DNA of 64,000 nucleotides from Octopus sinensis (Eukaryota): NCBI RefSeq assembly GCF_006345805.1, contig NC_042999.1, positions 66,588,001 to 66,652,000 of the forward strand, read 5' to 3'. Shown piece by piece: positions 41,185 to 55,731 of this stretch (position 1 is its first letter; each line of letters starts with the position of its first letter). The notes under the pieces were generated by a model. It saw only the letters and a program-made list of their open reading frames with translations, ran no database searches and was not told where the DNA came from. The position numbers and the translations under genes were made by a program.

Positions 41185-41689
41185 TTGCTCCAGTCTACTC
41201 AGTAGTACCTGTATTTCAGAGGGCCAGCCTTGTCACAAACTGTGCCACACTGAATTTCCCTGAGAACTACGTTAATAGTACACGTTTCTGTGGAGTACTC
41301 AGCCATTTACAGGTTAATTTCACGAGCAGGCTGTTCTGTTGATCAGATCAACTGGAACCCTCGTCGTCGTAATCGACGGAGTGCTCCTCATATTTGTATA
41401 TATATAAAACATATGTAACCCGGATATTATCTACTTCATTCTTTAGCCATTATATATATGTGCGTGGATATGTGTTTATGTAGGGGGAGAATTCGCAATA
41501 AAAAAAAACAAAGACGAAGTCAAGTGGGGTAGACAACAAACAGATGTATTAGTTTAACGCTCGGGAAGTGAAAAGTCTTTAACGTTTCGAGCCTATGCTC
41601 TTCCACAGAAAGAAACACAGAAAGAATCGAGGAGAGAAAATAAAGAATGTGTAGTGTCTAACGATCTATCATGTTTGTATGTATGTATA

Positions 41690-42950
41690 TAAACCGCTCT
41701 TCAAAACTATAAAGCTACAGCACTGTCTATTTTTCCTAGCGAAATACACCACTAAATTCGTGAAACTCACTTCTAGTTAGGAAATGGAATGACAGAAAAC
41801 ATTGCAATATTTAAATTTACTGACATCCAAAAATAAATTAGATAAGAGCCAGAAACTTCCTGTTCAAAACTATAACGCCAGTTTGAATAATGTTGCAAAA
41901 ATGATGTAAAACAGCGAAATTATGTGATATTTCGTTGATATAGTGTGATTGACCACCACCTTTCTGAATTACTTCAAAGACACGCGATTCCATGCTCCCA
42001 ATCATCTTCCGCAGCAGATCAAGTCGAAGCGTTTCCCAGGTCTTCTATATTGTCGTTTCAAGTTCAACAGATGAATATTGCTTGTCAGGAATTCTCTAAA
42101 GGATTAAGGTTGGACTTCTTGCTGGCCACGGCATGACTTCAACTCGAATGGCGTGGAGGAAATCCAAAAGTTGTCTCTGCTTTACGAATAGAAGCACTGT
42201 CCTGTTGGAATATGATGTTCTCGCTGTAGAACCTTCTTCTCTCTTCGTCAATGTTAGACCCGTCCTACATATCGATGTATTGTGCAGTATTGAAATGGCC
42301 ATCCATGATGACAATTGGCAGCTTCCCATTGGCAGTTGTTGTGGAATAATTAAAATTTTGTATAACTGTCGGAGCCATCCAAATTCCATTTATTCTCATC
42401 GGAGAACTAAACTCTGGTTCATTCCCCATTCTACGTATGATGCCACCGAGCAAGCTCCAGTCTAATAGCTAAGGGGACAATAATGGACGTCCTGGCTGAT
42501 TCTTCAGGTGGAAACTATAATTCAAAATCACTCTTCTTACGATGGATGTCGAGGATCCTACTCCTGCTGATGTATTGATTTCCGAAACAGAGGAGCTGCT
42601 AGACATCTTCACAGTTCTAACAATGGCTCTTTCATCTCTTTTTGATGTAGCCTTGGGACGTCCACAAGCATGAACCCTGTTCTAGCCGTCAAGATCTTTC
42701 AGAAAATTGTACACAGGGGTTCTGCTTCGCCGAACCTTCTCGGCAATTTTCCAGTTAGTCGTTCCTTTCACTTGCAGTGCAAGAATATTCCCTTGTTCCA
42801 TTTCGGAAAATTTGTAGCATTAAACATACTCGAAACGTAATCCGGATCACGGAGGACACGACTGAATATTTTTCGAAACAATCTAGAAAGAAATGAAAAT
42901 GTATTAGTGGCTTTGTAGCTTTAAAGTGCTGACAGGCTAGGGAAAATTGG
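41690..42950 (-). mobile_element. Decayed Tc1-like transposon
   Basis: VEVMPWPARSPTLIL resembles the Tc1 WPxxSPDLNPIE motif; fragmented ORFs; ends approximate. Confidence 0.75.
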
Positions 42951-43640
42951 AAAATCAGGTGTTGCAATGTGGTAATAAAGGTACACATTTTACATTTGAA
43001 AGAATTCACGAAATGCACAATTACAATATACTATGCCCCTTAGTTCACTTAAATACAGAGCTAGATTTTTCAACAATTTTTAAAACATGTGGATTTATAG
43101 CTTTCCGTAGTTGTGTGTGTGTCTGTGTGTAAGTACGTTTGCGTGCGTGTGTATGTATGTATGTATATTTGTATATGTCTATACCTCCATAGGATATGGC
43201 CTAATTAGAATCTGACGTAACTTCTCGATCTGATTGATTTCAATATTGAAAATAATCATCTAATTTCGATTTATAATCTATAGATTACCTGTGATGATGG
43301 GCTAATTACGTTGATATACAAAGAAATATTGGTATCAACTTTCGGCATAAGGTGGGGCAATGTCGGCGGAAGAGGGCAGGTCGATTACATCTGCGCCAAT
43401 ATTCGACTAGTGCTTAATTCATCGATCGCAGAATGATGAAGAGCAAAGTCGACCTCGTCGGAATTTGAACTCATAGCGTAAAGGCGGACGAAATAACGCT
43501 AAGCACTTTGTACGGCGTGCTAACGATTCTGTCAGATCATTGCCTTATATATAAGCAAATACTGATAAAACTATTCTAAAGTACGGTAATATATTTACTA
43601 CCGAATAGCATGGAATAATTTAAAGCTACACAATCTTATT

Positions 43641-43747
<107 letters not shown>

Positions 43748-45287
43748 GTGTGTATATTTATGTTTGTGTGTCTGTGTTTGTCCCCCCAACATTACTTGAC
43801 AACCGATGCTGGCGAGTTTACGTTCCCGTAGCTTAGCGTTTCGGCAAAAGAGACGGATAGAATAAGTACTAGACTTACAAGAAACAAGCCCTTGGGTCGA
43901 TTTTCTCGACTAAAGGCGGTGCTCCAGCATGGCCACAGTCAAATGACTGAATCAATTAAAAGAGTTAACTGCATTTTTGCGCACTTGAATTTTGCTCAAC
44001 GTGTCGTAACTCTTTAACAAAGTAATGTCAAGCATTATCTCCATAAATATATCCTATTCATTATATATATATACCTAATGGAGCCATCTTTTACTTCTTC
44101 AGGAGATAATATGCTCGCTCCTTTAACATCTGTAACTATTCTATGTACATCATATATCATAAATGTGCATCTGCTTCAGCCCTTGCTTGAAAGCACGCGT
44201 AACATATTGCAACAATTATCTCTCACTTTTACAAAATAACAAAATAATATAAGAATTAAACAGCGGGTTGTTCTCTTTAGATAATTCATGCAATATGCTA
44301 TATATATTTTACAACAATCCTTTCAATTTCTTCAAGCTCCTCCATCCGCGTATGTCCTGTGATTCGTTTGTAATAACAACACGATGGACATTACCTAGCC
44401 TTAGTTCCACTGACTGTCAAGCATCTAATCTTATTCCCCTCTCAATGTCTGATCTGGAAATCCCCTGTATATACCTAACTAGACTGGTCGCACATAAAAA
44501 CACGACTCATTGGATCACGTTAAAATAGCTAGATTGTTTCAATCTGTCTCCGTGGCTCAGAAAGGTTTATAATGCAAAGTTGCAATGAATTTCTCTTTAA
44601 TATGTGTGTGTGTGGCATCCGTTCTTTCTCACTATCACACACGTGACATATTCACTCCTCACATGATAAATGCTGCAAATCTGGGTCTTTGAAAACCTAT
44701 AAACGACATGACTCTTGTTACAAAATGAGCATTTTTTCTAAGAAAACAATAAAATTAATGAATAAACTGAAACTTAAATTTACGGATAGAAATTCTGATC
44801 ACTAATGAATTATGAATACCGTCCAAGCTAATAATACTGTAGCACGTCATTTGAATACATTTAGAACAGGGTCTTCAAATGATAATAAATATGTACATGC
44901 GTTTGCATGAATGCATGTATGTAGGCACAAATTGATTTCTGGTTACTAAGTTCGTTTTGGAACTACGTGACTTTGAGCTCATTCAACTATGGTAAATTCA
45001 GAAAGTGTCTTCCAGAGTAGCCACCGGCTGACGCTGGTCTTGTGGGGGAATTTGGCAAAGGGAAGCTGTCAATAAGTCCTACATATACACACGCAGTTAC
45101 ATATAGATATATGTGAATGCGCTTATGCATTGAAGTTCGGTTTGTCAACCAAATTTTGATAGCTTGCGTTGGACTTTTTACATCGCCGTAAATTTGCGGT
45201 TCGACATAAGAAAACGATAGAATCAGTGGCAATGATAAGGAATTTTGCCCCAGCGTCACTTTGATGGCATGCACTGCTCTCTCACTC

Positions 45288-45358
<71 letters not shown>

Positions 45359-46049
45359 GGAAATAAACGGAAGAGAGCCACAGTTGTCATGCAAAATTGG
45401 TCGAACGATATTTCGGCATCTACCGTGTCAGTCTACGTCATTATTTTAAGGATTATATAGGACTGGGGTAACACCTCCAGAAGTTATAGAGAAATTAACG
45501 GAAGAGTGCCGTAGTTGTCATGCGAAATTGTTTGAACGATATTTCGCCATCTAGCGTGCCTTCCACAGGCACGCCAGGGAAAATTGTAGATATGTAAGTT
45601 TCTAACCTTACTTCGTGGGAAATTTAGAAATACTCATAGGAGATTGTAGATTTGTAGATGTTCCAGTTTATTAAAATTATTATTATTATTATTGTTGTTG
45701 TTGTTGTTGTTGTTGCTGCTGTTGTTATTCACTCATCTTAGGGCGAGTGGAGGATAAAAGATGTCACACTATGACTGAAAGCTTGGGGAGGGCAAGTGAC
45801 ACGGGTAATAGCGAAATACTTTCATGTAATACAACACATGCATTTAAACTTATAGGGTTTTTCTAAGTATGTTGGTAGAATTTGTCAATACAATTATTTG
45901 GATCTCTCTGAGATATAGTTCAACTGGGATATTATCTAGATATTTCTTACATCCCTTTCTTATCATACCTAGGGCACCCACAAAAAAAAAGGAACAGTTC
46001 TCGCTTTCAGATACCTCATCTTTTGTATTTCAATTTCCAGGTCCCTACA

Positions 46050-47050
46050 CTCAAAACAACTGGAAAAGATATCTCAATGACTGTTTCATCCTCTGGAATG
46101 AAAGTATAGAAAAACTCAACGAATTCCAAACACTTCTAAATGGAATAAAGGAAAACCTCCAATTTACGATTGGGTACAACCCGGAACAACTACCATTTTT
46201 AGATGTCCTTATTAAGAAAGTCGGGAATAAAATAGAGACAGATATCTATTTAAAAACCATTAACCCCAAACAGTACCTGCCATTTGATTCTTGCCACCCG
46301 AGTCACACCAGGATGAGTATCCCATTTTATTTAGCCAAAAGAATATGCACAATATTATCAAACGCAAACGTCCGTTACACACGACTCCAGGAATTGAAAA
46401 CCACACTCATCAATAGGAATTACCCACAACGCTTTATCGACGATACGATCCACTGAGTACTTAAATTAAATACACAAGAACTTAGACAACAAAGACCAAA
46501 GAAGGAAAAAAAATTTTAAACCCTGCCTTACCTTTCCAAACAAAACCCACATAACATACTGAAGACAGACCAAAGATGAATCAAATCCTCAAAACACACC
46601 CAATCATCAAAAGTAAGACACAACCAAAATCAACGTAAAAGATTTTAACCCAGGCAAAATTACACTCAACAATAACCACTAAACCGAGAGTAAAAAAAAA
46701 ATGCGGGAACCCCAACTGTGGGATTTGTATCAGCATAATAGAAGGATCAGAATACCGATTAGAACAATGCCATAATTTCACCATAAAATCTAATTTTACA
46801 TGTGCATCGGAAAACTTGATATACTTAATTACAAGCTCGGGATGTAAATGGTAATATATTGGACAGACAAAAAACAGCTTACGCCAGAGGATGGCGGTGC
46901 ACAAATCTCAAATTAGGATTCCGAAATACAGGAATATACATCTCAGCCAGCACATCGATGAATGTGCTTCCAAGAAATTTCCCAAATTCAGAACGTTTCC
47001 ATTATACAAAATCAAAGACAATGCTAGCCAAAATGAAGGCATTAGCAAAG
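46050..47050 (+). mobile_element. Penelope-like retroelement 3' half (RT plus GIY-YIG endonuclease), degenerate
   Basis: WKRYLNDCFILW (YxDD-like), LPFLDV, QYLPFDSCHP, then NLIYLIT...YIGQT; stops present. Confidence 0.9.
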
Positions 47051-47460
47051 ACCGTCACCCGTCAGTCAGCGAAGCTGATTCAGTGTCAGCTTGTCTCACG
47101 TCGTGATGTTATTTCTCGCCGGCATGTTATGACTTTCAAGCCATTTTTGGTCTTCCCGCTTCAGCCATATATAGAAGCTGGCTTTTTCAACCGCCAGTAG
47201 TAATTTACGGTCACAGTAAGTTGAACTTGACATGCCACCAGAACCAAAATATATTATCACGTGTTCTTGCAGGAAAAAGGAAAGTAAACTATGAATGTTA
47301 ATCCCAATCTTAATTTTAATTTAATTATTTTAATAGTTCTTTTCTCTTTATATATTCCATTTTAGTACATATTTTTGATAATGTTTTTCTAAAAACGAAA
47401 CATGTAAAAGCAAAATCAAAATGTATTCAATTTTAAGGTAGTAGCATTTCCGTGCTTGTT

Positions 47461-47498
<38 letters not shown>

Positions 47499-47723
47499 TC
47501 TTTATACTCTTTCTCTTTTTACACTTGTTTCAGTCATTTGACTGTGGCCATGCTGGAGCACCGCATTTAGACCAGCAAATCGACCAGAGGACTTATTCTT
47601 TGTAAGCCTACTGTTTATTGTATCGGTCTCTTTTGCCGAACTGCTACGTTACGGAGACGTAAACACACCAGCATCGATTGTCAAGCGATGCTGGGGGGAC
47701 AAACACAGACATACACATACATA

Positions 47724-47754
<31 letters not shown>

Positions 47755-47793
47755 TTCTCTCTCTCTCTCTCTCTCTCTCTACATATATATATA

Positions 47794-47834
<41 letters not shown>

Positions 47835-48009
47835 TATACATACATATATACGACGAGCTTCTTTCAGTTTCCGTTTCTCAATTCCACTCACAAGGCTTTG
47901 GTCGGCCCGAGGCTATAGTAGAAGACACTTGCCCAAGGTGTCAAGCAGTGGGACTGAACCCTGAACCATCTGGTTGGTAAGCAAGCTACTTACCACACAG
48001 CCACTCCTG

Positions 48010-48300
48010 TGAAGTTATCTGTATTTCGTCATATATCCTGCCGTAATGACTTATATGCGAATCATGCGTCCAGCTGTTACTAGTATTAGACATTCCGATT
48101 AGTTTATTACTTCTTGGTCATCAACATCCTTCGAAAGAGAATATCTGTTTTGTTGTTCATTGTCAGACGTATAACGTTTACGGCCAATATACCCTGCCGT
48201 TTTCAATTGAGTGGAAAAATTATACTTACGCGTGCACTTCCAAAGCACTGGTAAAATACCACCACTAAGGCTAAGTATGAAAATACAACTAACACGCACT
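48010..48300 (-). promoter_or_regulatory. Degenerate promoter and first-exon module of gene D
   Basis: Homologous to 33751-34080. The TATA element is altered (cttatatgcg at 48050-48059 on +) and the donor reads cag|ATAACT. Confidence 0.5.
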
Positions 48301-48959
48301 CATATGTATATATAGATATGTACCTATGGTGGCTGCCCCCTCGTTATCGAGTATGGCCATTGCACTAAGCTTAATCAATGTTGTTATCGTGCAATGCCTG
48401 TGCAAGAAGATATTTTTTTTAAATGAGGAAAGGCTGTGCACTGAGTCAGTCTCACTCACTAAGCAACAGCAGCCATAATCCGAAAAGAAGAACAAGTCAA
48501 CATCATCGGTAACCACTGAGCCGAAGGTTTTATGTCGGAGTTATCCCAGTTACCTGAGTTACCTTCTCCTAGAAGGATGCCCTGACAAAGGCTAGGAGTC
48601 CTTCACTCCCAATGGTTTAACTGCGCGATCGGGTATTCAATCCGATTATTTCTATGTCTCCGCGCATCATACAGCCCTAAGATATTTATTGGATGGCCGT
48701 TGGCTCTCAAGAGTTCCTCCGCCCATTGACGGGTTTTGTTTTTCATTCCGCAGGGTGTCCAATAAACACCCTCCTCACCAAGTATATGTACCTATACATA
48801 TATACCTATACACAAATACACACACCACTTACACACAAAAATATATATGAGTAATGCATGTGTGTGCGCGTAATTGTGTGTGTTTGTGTTTGTGTGTGTG
48901 TGTGTGTTTGTGCATACGCATGTTCACATATGGATGTAGAAGTGCGTACTTGTATGTAT

Positions 48960-49335
48960 GCCTGTGTGGTAAGTAGCTTGCTAACCAACCACATGGTTCC
49001 GGGTTCAGTCCCACTGCGTGGCATCTTGGGCAAGTGTCTCCTGCTATAGCCCCGGGCCGACTCATGCCTTATGAGTGGATTCGGTAGACGGAAACTGAAA
49101 GAAGCCTGTCGTATATATATATATATGTATGTGTGTGTTTGTGTTTGTCCCCCCTAGTATTGCTTGACAACCAATGCTGGTGTGTTTATGTCCCCGTCAC
49201 TTAGCGGTTCGGCAAAAGAGACCGATAGAATAAGTCCCGGGATCGATTTGCTCGACTAAAGGCGGTGCTCCAGCATGGCCGCAGTCAAATGACTGAAACA
49301 AGTAAAAGAGTAAAAGAGTAAAGAGTAAAAGAGTA
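48960..49335 (+). mobile_element. tRNA-derived SINE, full length (same family at ~2445-2820, 4490-4920 and 47515-48010 on -, partial copies at 5690-5850, 43760-43965, 58815-58970)
   Basis: A/B-box-like head (gtggtaag...gggttcagtccc), internal microsatellite, tail ccagcatggccgcagtcaaatgactgaaac(aagtaaaag)n. Confidence 0.85.
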
Positions 49336-49527
49336 TATATACTACAGAAATACCCGGCGTTGCCCGGATTAAAGGGAATGATGAAATTTAAAAACGCCGT
49401 CTAGATTACGCAGGTCTCAACTGCTAGTAGCTGAGATGGAAACTTTCTACATTAATAACTCTCCAACCCACGTCAGTATGGAACAGAGACTATTAAGTGT
49501 AATGCTAAAAGAAAGTTTTCTACTTAC

Positions 49528-50042
49528 ATCTATATATATAAAACTGTAGTTGTGTGAGTGTCTGTCCCCTTCGATTTAGATTCCTAACTACTCCCACATT
49601 TTGAGATGCAGTTTAACCAAATTCGGGTATCTTATAGTTGTGATTCATATAGAGCCCGCCTGAGTATTAGCGCGCGTCTACGATGAGTCTACGATTTAAA
49701 AAATAATTTAACATCATTTTTTATTCCATTTTAATGCATAATTTTTCGTGTGTCGATGGCGGCGGAGTTGGCGTCCACGCTCACAGCTGCACCTGTTTGC
49801 TTCTCCCCTTCTTCCCTTCCTCGTGAAGCTGTGGGGAAGGGAGTGTAAGGAAATCAACGTCGTAAAGCGTTGTCAAGGAGACCAGCGTTCTTTTAGAACA
49901 ACGACTTCATGGCTTGAAGACACCAAAACAGAAATGGCTAAGAAAGCCCAAATTGGCATCTATAAGGGAAGTAACTCTCTAAAAATGCTTATATAGTTAT
50001 TTCCCTTACAAACCCGAGCAACGCCGGGCGATACTGCTAGTA
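49528..50042 (-). mobile_element. Helentron/DINE-like non-autonomous element (related ends at ~13255, ~15575, ~31230, ~49340)
   Basis: tactagc...cccggcgttgctcggg subterminal hairpin at one end and cagttttatatatatag at the other. Confidence 0.5.
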
Positions 50043-50617
50043 TGTATATAAAGTAAATACACGTAATTCAAAAACACGTTTTGTGTAGCTTATTTCGTAA
50101 CCGAAATACAGGCGCAGATTATAAACAATGAAAGGCCAATTTTGGTGATTCATTTGACAGAGGTACTAGAGAGTAAATCCGATGATAAATCTGACATTGG
50201 ATCTGGAAAAGTTTTTATGAATCCTGTCTCTGTTGTTTCTCTTGTTACAACAAATGATGTCATTTGTAATGCAGCGTTGTATTGTCTCATTTTGCTTTGA
50301 AGTACTTGGAATATTGGTCAGTTTATGTCAACAGTTTCTTCAATAGCTCTGGAATTGGGAGATTGCAGGGAGTTTAACGTCTCCACCACTGCAGCACAAT
50401 GTAGGTGTCTCTCCAGGCTATTTCCTTGTTTTACTATGTACGCACTCAGTTGTCATGGCACCAATGGAATATCTCGTGTTATCTGCATAATATACTGGTG
50501 GATAATAACTGAAAACTACTTCATAGAATTCTCACATATTACATTTGCAGATAAATTCCTCTACTTGCACAATATCGAGGTCACTTTCATTCTTTTGTTG
50601 TCTTACCATTTTTATCA

Positions 50618-50698
<81 letters not shown>

Positions 50699-52205
50699 CC
50701 ATTCATGCTTATATTATCAAATATATCTTGCAATAAGACGATCGGTAGCCACTACACACATTTTTTCTCTCCTTGTTCCTCTGTGTCCCATTCTGTAGAC
50801 GAGCGTAGCCTCGAAACGTAAAAGACTGTTTCTATTCCTGAGCGTTATACTGATACATCTGTTTGCTATGTACACCACTTGTCTTCGTCTTTTGTTTTTT
50901 TTTTTCGTGAACTCTCCTATATATATATATATTCTAAATATATATTCTAAATTTAATTTTTTAATTGTTACAGTTGAATTGGTCTCAAATGACCGAAAGC
51001 GGTACTGAAATGTTCTTTATAAATTTATTTTAGCATTTTCTATCTTGACTTGTTTTATTTTTCAAATATATATATATATATGCATGGGAGACAGAGAGAA
51101 AGACAGACAGACAAAATGGAATTCAAGAGAATCGTTTCCACCTATTGTTCACCGTCCATCTCGGATGAAATTGGTATGAATATTTGGGTACCCTAATTTA
51201 TTTGCTTCGTAAAATGAGAAAAATAGGCTTAGTTGACTTTGAATATGCGATTGTGCTTTCTGATTTTTATTTTATTCCCGCTACATAGTTATTTTTATGA
51301 CTTTGATTCAACAGTTTCTTAATAAAACATTATTTGATGCACATATCTTTACATTTTATATTATTATTCTTTTTAAGTCACTTTAATTACATATATGAGA
51401 AGTGTTCTACAATATATCCCAGTTTTCCGTGTAGACGAGCAGCAAACTACAACTTCCGAAATGTATTCTAATGGAAATAAGTGTAACGGAGATTAAAAGA
51501 CCGGATACATTGTGACAAGTAACATGATGAGGCACGTCTGCACCTATTCTCGTTGGAACGATCGTTTGGAAGCTTTTGAATTTTTATATAAAGTAGCTGT
51601 ATTGAGTTTTCTTTGCATGTTTATAGTTTGGTTTGACTTAACTTCTTCCATATTGATGTCTTCTTTTTAAATTGGTCCATATTGTGTGAATCAACGTACG
51701 TTATACAAATATTGTAGACACCGCCAAGTTAAATTACCCATTGCAAAACCGAAGCACAATAAAAATTTCAGGGTTAATTCTCATGACACTTCTGAATAGA
51801 ATTAACCATTTAGAAATATGAATTTTGTACCGGCATCAAATAACTGGATAAAACGACTTCTTAATATTTCAATTATACAAACTTAAATCTTTATTATTCA
51901 ACTTGTGTTCAAAATTGTCATGTTACGTGAATCAATTAGTAACATTTTATGGAAATAAAACAACACCATCAAAAAGCAACTTAAACAAAGATTTCTTATT
52001 GCAAGATATATTTCATAATATAAGCATGAATTTTATACAGAACAGATATAGAAACGCATCTGTCATGCAAGAATTACGTTTTCGGGGATTTTTTTCCGTG
52101 TTGTATACTTATGTTCTCTTTCAAATCATTACTTATAATATCTCATATCGTTTATTGATTTCATTCAGTGAATTGTATACGATCGATCTTATTGACATAT
52201 TGTTA

Positions 52206-52306
52206 TTAACAATCCCGAAGACATTTCTGAAAAGAGCTGAAATCAAAAGGATCTCCACACTCCCTATGTTCCACCATGCATTTATATCGACAGCCTATAT
52301 GAATGC
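52206..52306 (-). CDS. Gene E distal mature-peptide exon (G)IHIGCRYKCMVEHRECGDPFDFSSFQKCLRDC*
   Basis: Strong acceptor ttttcttattttAG at 52308-52307, phase 1, open frame, C-x3-C-x18-C-x3-C plus one extra Cys, AATAAA at 52156-52151. Confidence 0.75.
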
Positions 52307-53833
52307 CTAAAATAAGAAAATATTAAAAAATTTTTTAATATCATTTATAATACTTAAAAATGAAGATAAAATTACACCGTATTGGTATTAACTCTACTAC
52401 ATTCATTAGTGTCATTTCTTTCTCTGAACCTGATTCACACTGTTTTAAGTACACAGGTCAACTGTCAACTTAGCCTCCGCTTAAAACAATTTGTGCTCTC
52501 TTAATTTCCAAAATATCACCCTCACCCATGGTTTATATATATTTGTCGCTTTAGTTTTATGGTCAACAAAAAATTAGCTAGTATAACCTTTATGATTTTA
52601 ATTGCTCTAATTTTTATGATTAACTGGTGTAATATATTTCACATTGTCAAGGAATGAAGCAACAAGTTGTTGCTGTACTAAAGTCATAAAGATCTATACA
52701 TAACATATAACTAGGAGACTTTTATTATAATGCAAATAATTTACTGAGTTGTGACTATCTCAACGACAAACGTATAGTGTGTCAATTCTAGACAGCAATG
52801 AATATATTACACCTGAGCACTGTAAACAATAATTATTTGCTTCGTAATATGAGAAAATAGGCTTAGTTGACTTTGAATATCCGATTGTGCTTTGTGTTTT
52901 TTATTCTATTCCCGCTACATAGTTGATTTTATAGTTTTGATTCAACAGCTTCTTAATAAATCTGTCTGAAACATTATTTGATGCAAATATTTTTACATTT
53001 TATATTATTATTCTTTTTAAGTCACTTTATTACATATATGAGAAGTGTTCTACATTATATCCCAGTTTTCCGTGTAGACGAGCAGCAAACTACAACTTCC
53101 GAAATATATTCTAATGGAAATAAGTGTAACGGAGATTAAAAGACCGGATACATTGTGACAAGTAACATGATGAGGCACGTCTGCACCTATTCTCGTTGGA
53201 ACGATCGTTTGGAAGCTTTTGAATTTTTATATAAAGTAGCTGTATTGAGTTTTCTTTGCATGTTTATAGTTTGGTTTGACTTAACTTCTTCCATATTGAT
53301 GTCTTCTTTTTAAATTGGTCCATATTGTGTGAATCAACGTACGTTATACAAATATTGTAGACACCGCCAAGTTAAATTACCCATTGCAAAACCGAAGCAC
53401 AATAAAAATTTCAGGGTTAATTCTCATGACACTTCTGAATAGAATTAACCATTTAGAAATATGAATTTTGTACCGGCATCAAATAACTGGATAAAACGAC
53501 TTCTTAATATTTCAATTATACAAACTTAAATCTTTATTATTCAACTTGTGTTCAAAATTGTCATGTTACGTGAATCAATTAGTAACATTTTATGGAAATA
53601 AAACAACACCATCAAAAAGCAACTTAAACAAAGATTTCTTATTGCAAGATATATTTCATAATATAAACATGAATTTTATACGGAACAGATATAGAAACAC
53701 ATCTGACATGCAAGAATTACGTTTTTCGGGGATGTTTTCCTTGTTGTATACTATGTTTTCTTTCAAATAACTGCCTATAATATCGCATATCGTTTACTGG
53801 TTTCATTCAGTGAATTGTATACAATCAGTCTTA

Positions 53834-53937
53834 TTAACATTTATCCCGAAGACATTTCTGAAAAGAGCTGAAATCAAAAGGATGTCCATTCTGCTGATAT
53901 TCCATCATGCAATCATATTGACATTATGCTTTAAGGC
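53834..53937 (-). pseudogene. Gene E proximal mature-peptide exon with premature stop, (G)LKA*CQYDCMMEYQQNGHPFDFSSFQKCLRDKC*
   Basis: Intact acceptor and the same Cys framework, but in-frame TAA at 53926-53924. The polyA hexamer reads AGTAAA. Confidence 0.75.
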
Positions 53938-54389
53938 CTAAAATAAGAAAATATTAAAAGTTTTCCTAATATCCTTAATAATACTTAAAAATGAAGATAA
54001 AGTTCCACTGTATTGGTATGAACTCTACTATATTTATTAGTGCCATCTCTTTTTATGAACCTGATTCACACTGCTTTAAATACACAGGTCAACTGTCAAG
54101 TTTGTCGCTTTATTTTTATTATGGTCAACACAAAATTAGCTAGTCTAACCTTTATGATTTTAATTGTTCTAATTTTCATGATTAACTGGTGTAATATATT
54201 TCACAATGTCAAGGAATGAAGCAACAAGTTGTTGCTGTACTAAAGTCATAAAGATCTATACATAACATATAACTAGGATACTTTTATTGCAAATAATTTG
54301 CTGAGTTGTGACTATTTCAACAACAAACGTATAGTGAGTTAATTCTAGACGGCAATGAATATATTACACCTAAGTACTGTATACAATAA

Positions 54390-54561
<172 letters not shown>

Positions 54562-54592
54562 TATTATTATTATTATTATCATTATTATTATT

Positions 54593-55013
54593 CAGTAGTT
54601 TTATTTTTATAGCGTGCTTTCACTTCACTACCGAGCGCAGCTCTGTGTGCCTTGGGTATGTGCTGTGATTTGTTGTGATGCTCTGATGGTTATTGCATGG
54701 AAAGTGTTCTGCGTAGGATGTGTGCAGTGCCTAGTAGTGCAATTTTCTGTATGTTATATGTGTTTGTAAGTCCTGGTGTTTTTGTTATGTATTTGTCTGA
54801 ATATTTTTTTATCATGCCTAATGCACCTACTATGATAGGGATTGTTTCTGTTTTCAGATTCCACATTCTAGTTACCTTTATTTCCAGGTCTTTGTATTTT
54901 GAGTTTGTCCATTTCTTTTAGAGACACTTTGTCATCTGCCGGTATTGATACATCAATTAGAAAGCATTTTTTTTTCTTCATGATCTCTGACAACTATATC
55001 TGGTCTGTTGGCC

Positions 55014-55070
<57 letters not shown>

Positions 55071-55449
55071 TATGTTTGACTTTTGTTTTACATTTGCACA
55101 AGCTGGCTACAAGTCTCACCCAGAGACCTCAAGAGACAACAAGTTGGAACTTCACGTTGGTCTAATGCCTAGGGTGCCATATATTTGGTTTTGTACTTAG
55201 TGTTGTACTAGTGAATGCCTAAAAAGCCATACGAAAATTATGTTTGTTTTAAAACTTGAGATTACATAGAAAGTATTTTGCGTAGGATATGAGCAGTTCC
55301 CATGAGCACTAGCTTTTGAATATCAGCCATTTTGGGGTTTCCTGGTATCTGAGTTAGGTAGCAATCAGCCCCTTTTTCTGTCATTCCCAGGGCACCTATG
55401 ACAACAGGTATCGTTTTAGTCTTCAGGTTCCACATTTTGCTGATTTCTA

Positions 55450-55528
<79 letters not shown>

Positions 55529-55672
55529 TAGTTTTATTTTTATAGCGTGCTTTCACTTCACTACCGAGCGCAGCTCTGTGTGCCTTGGGTATGTGCTGTG
55601 ATTTGTTGTGATGCTCTGATGTTATTGTATGGAAAGTGTTCTGCGTAGGATTATTATTATTATTATTATTAT

Positions 55673-55731
<59 letters not shown>

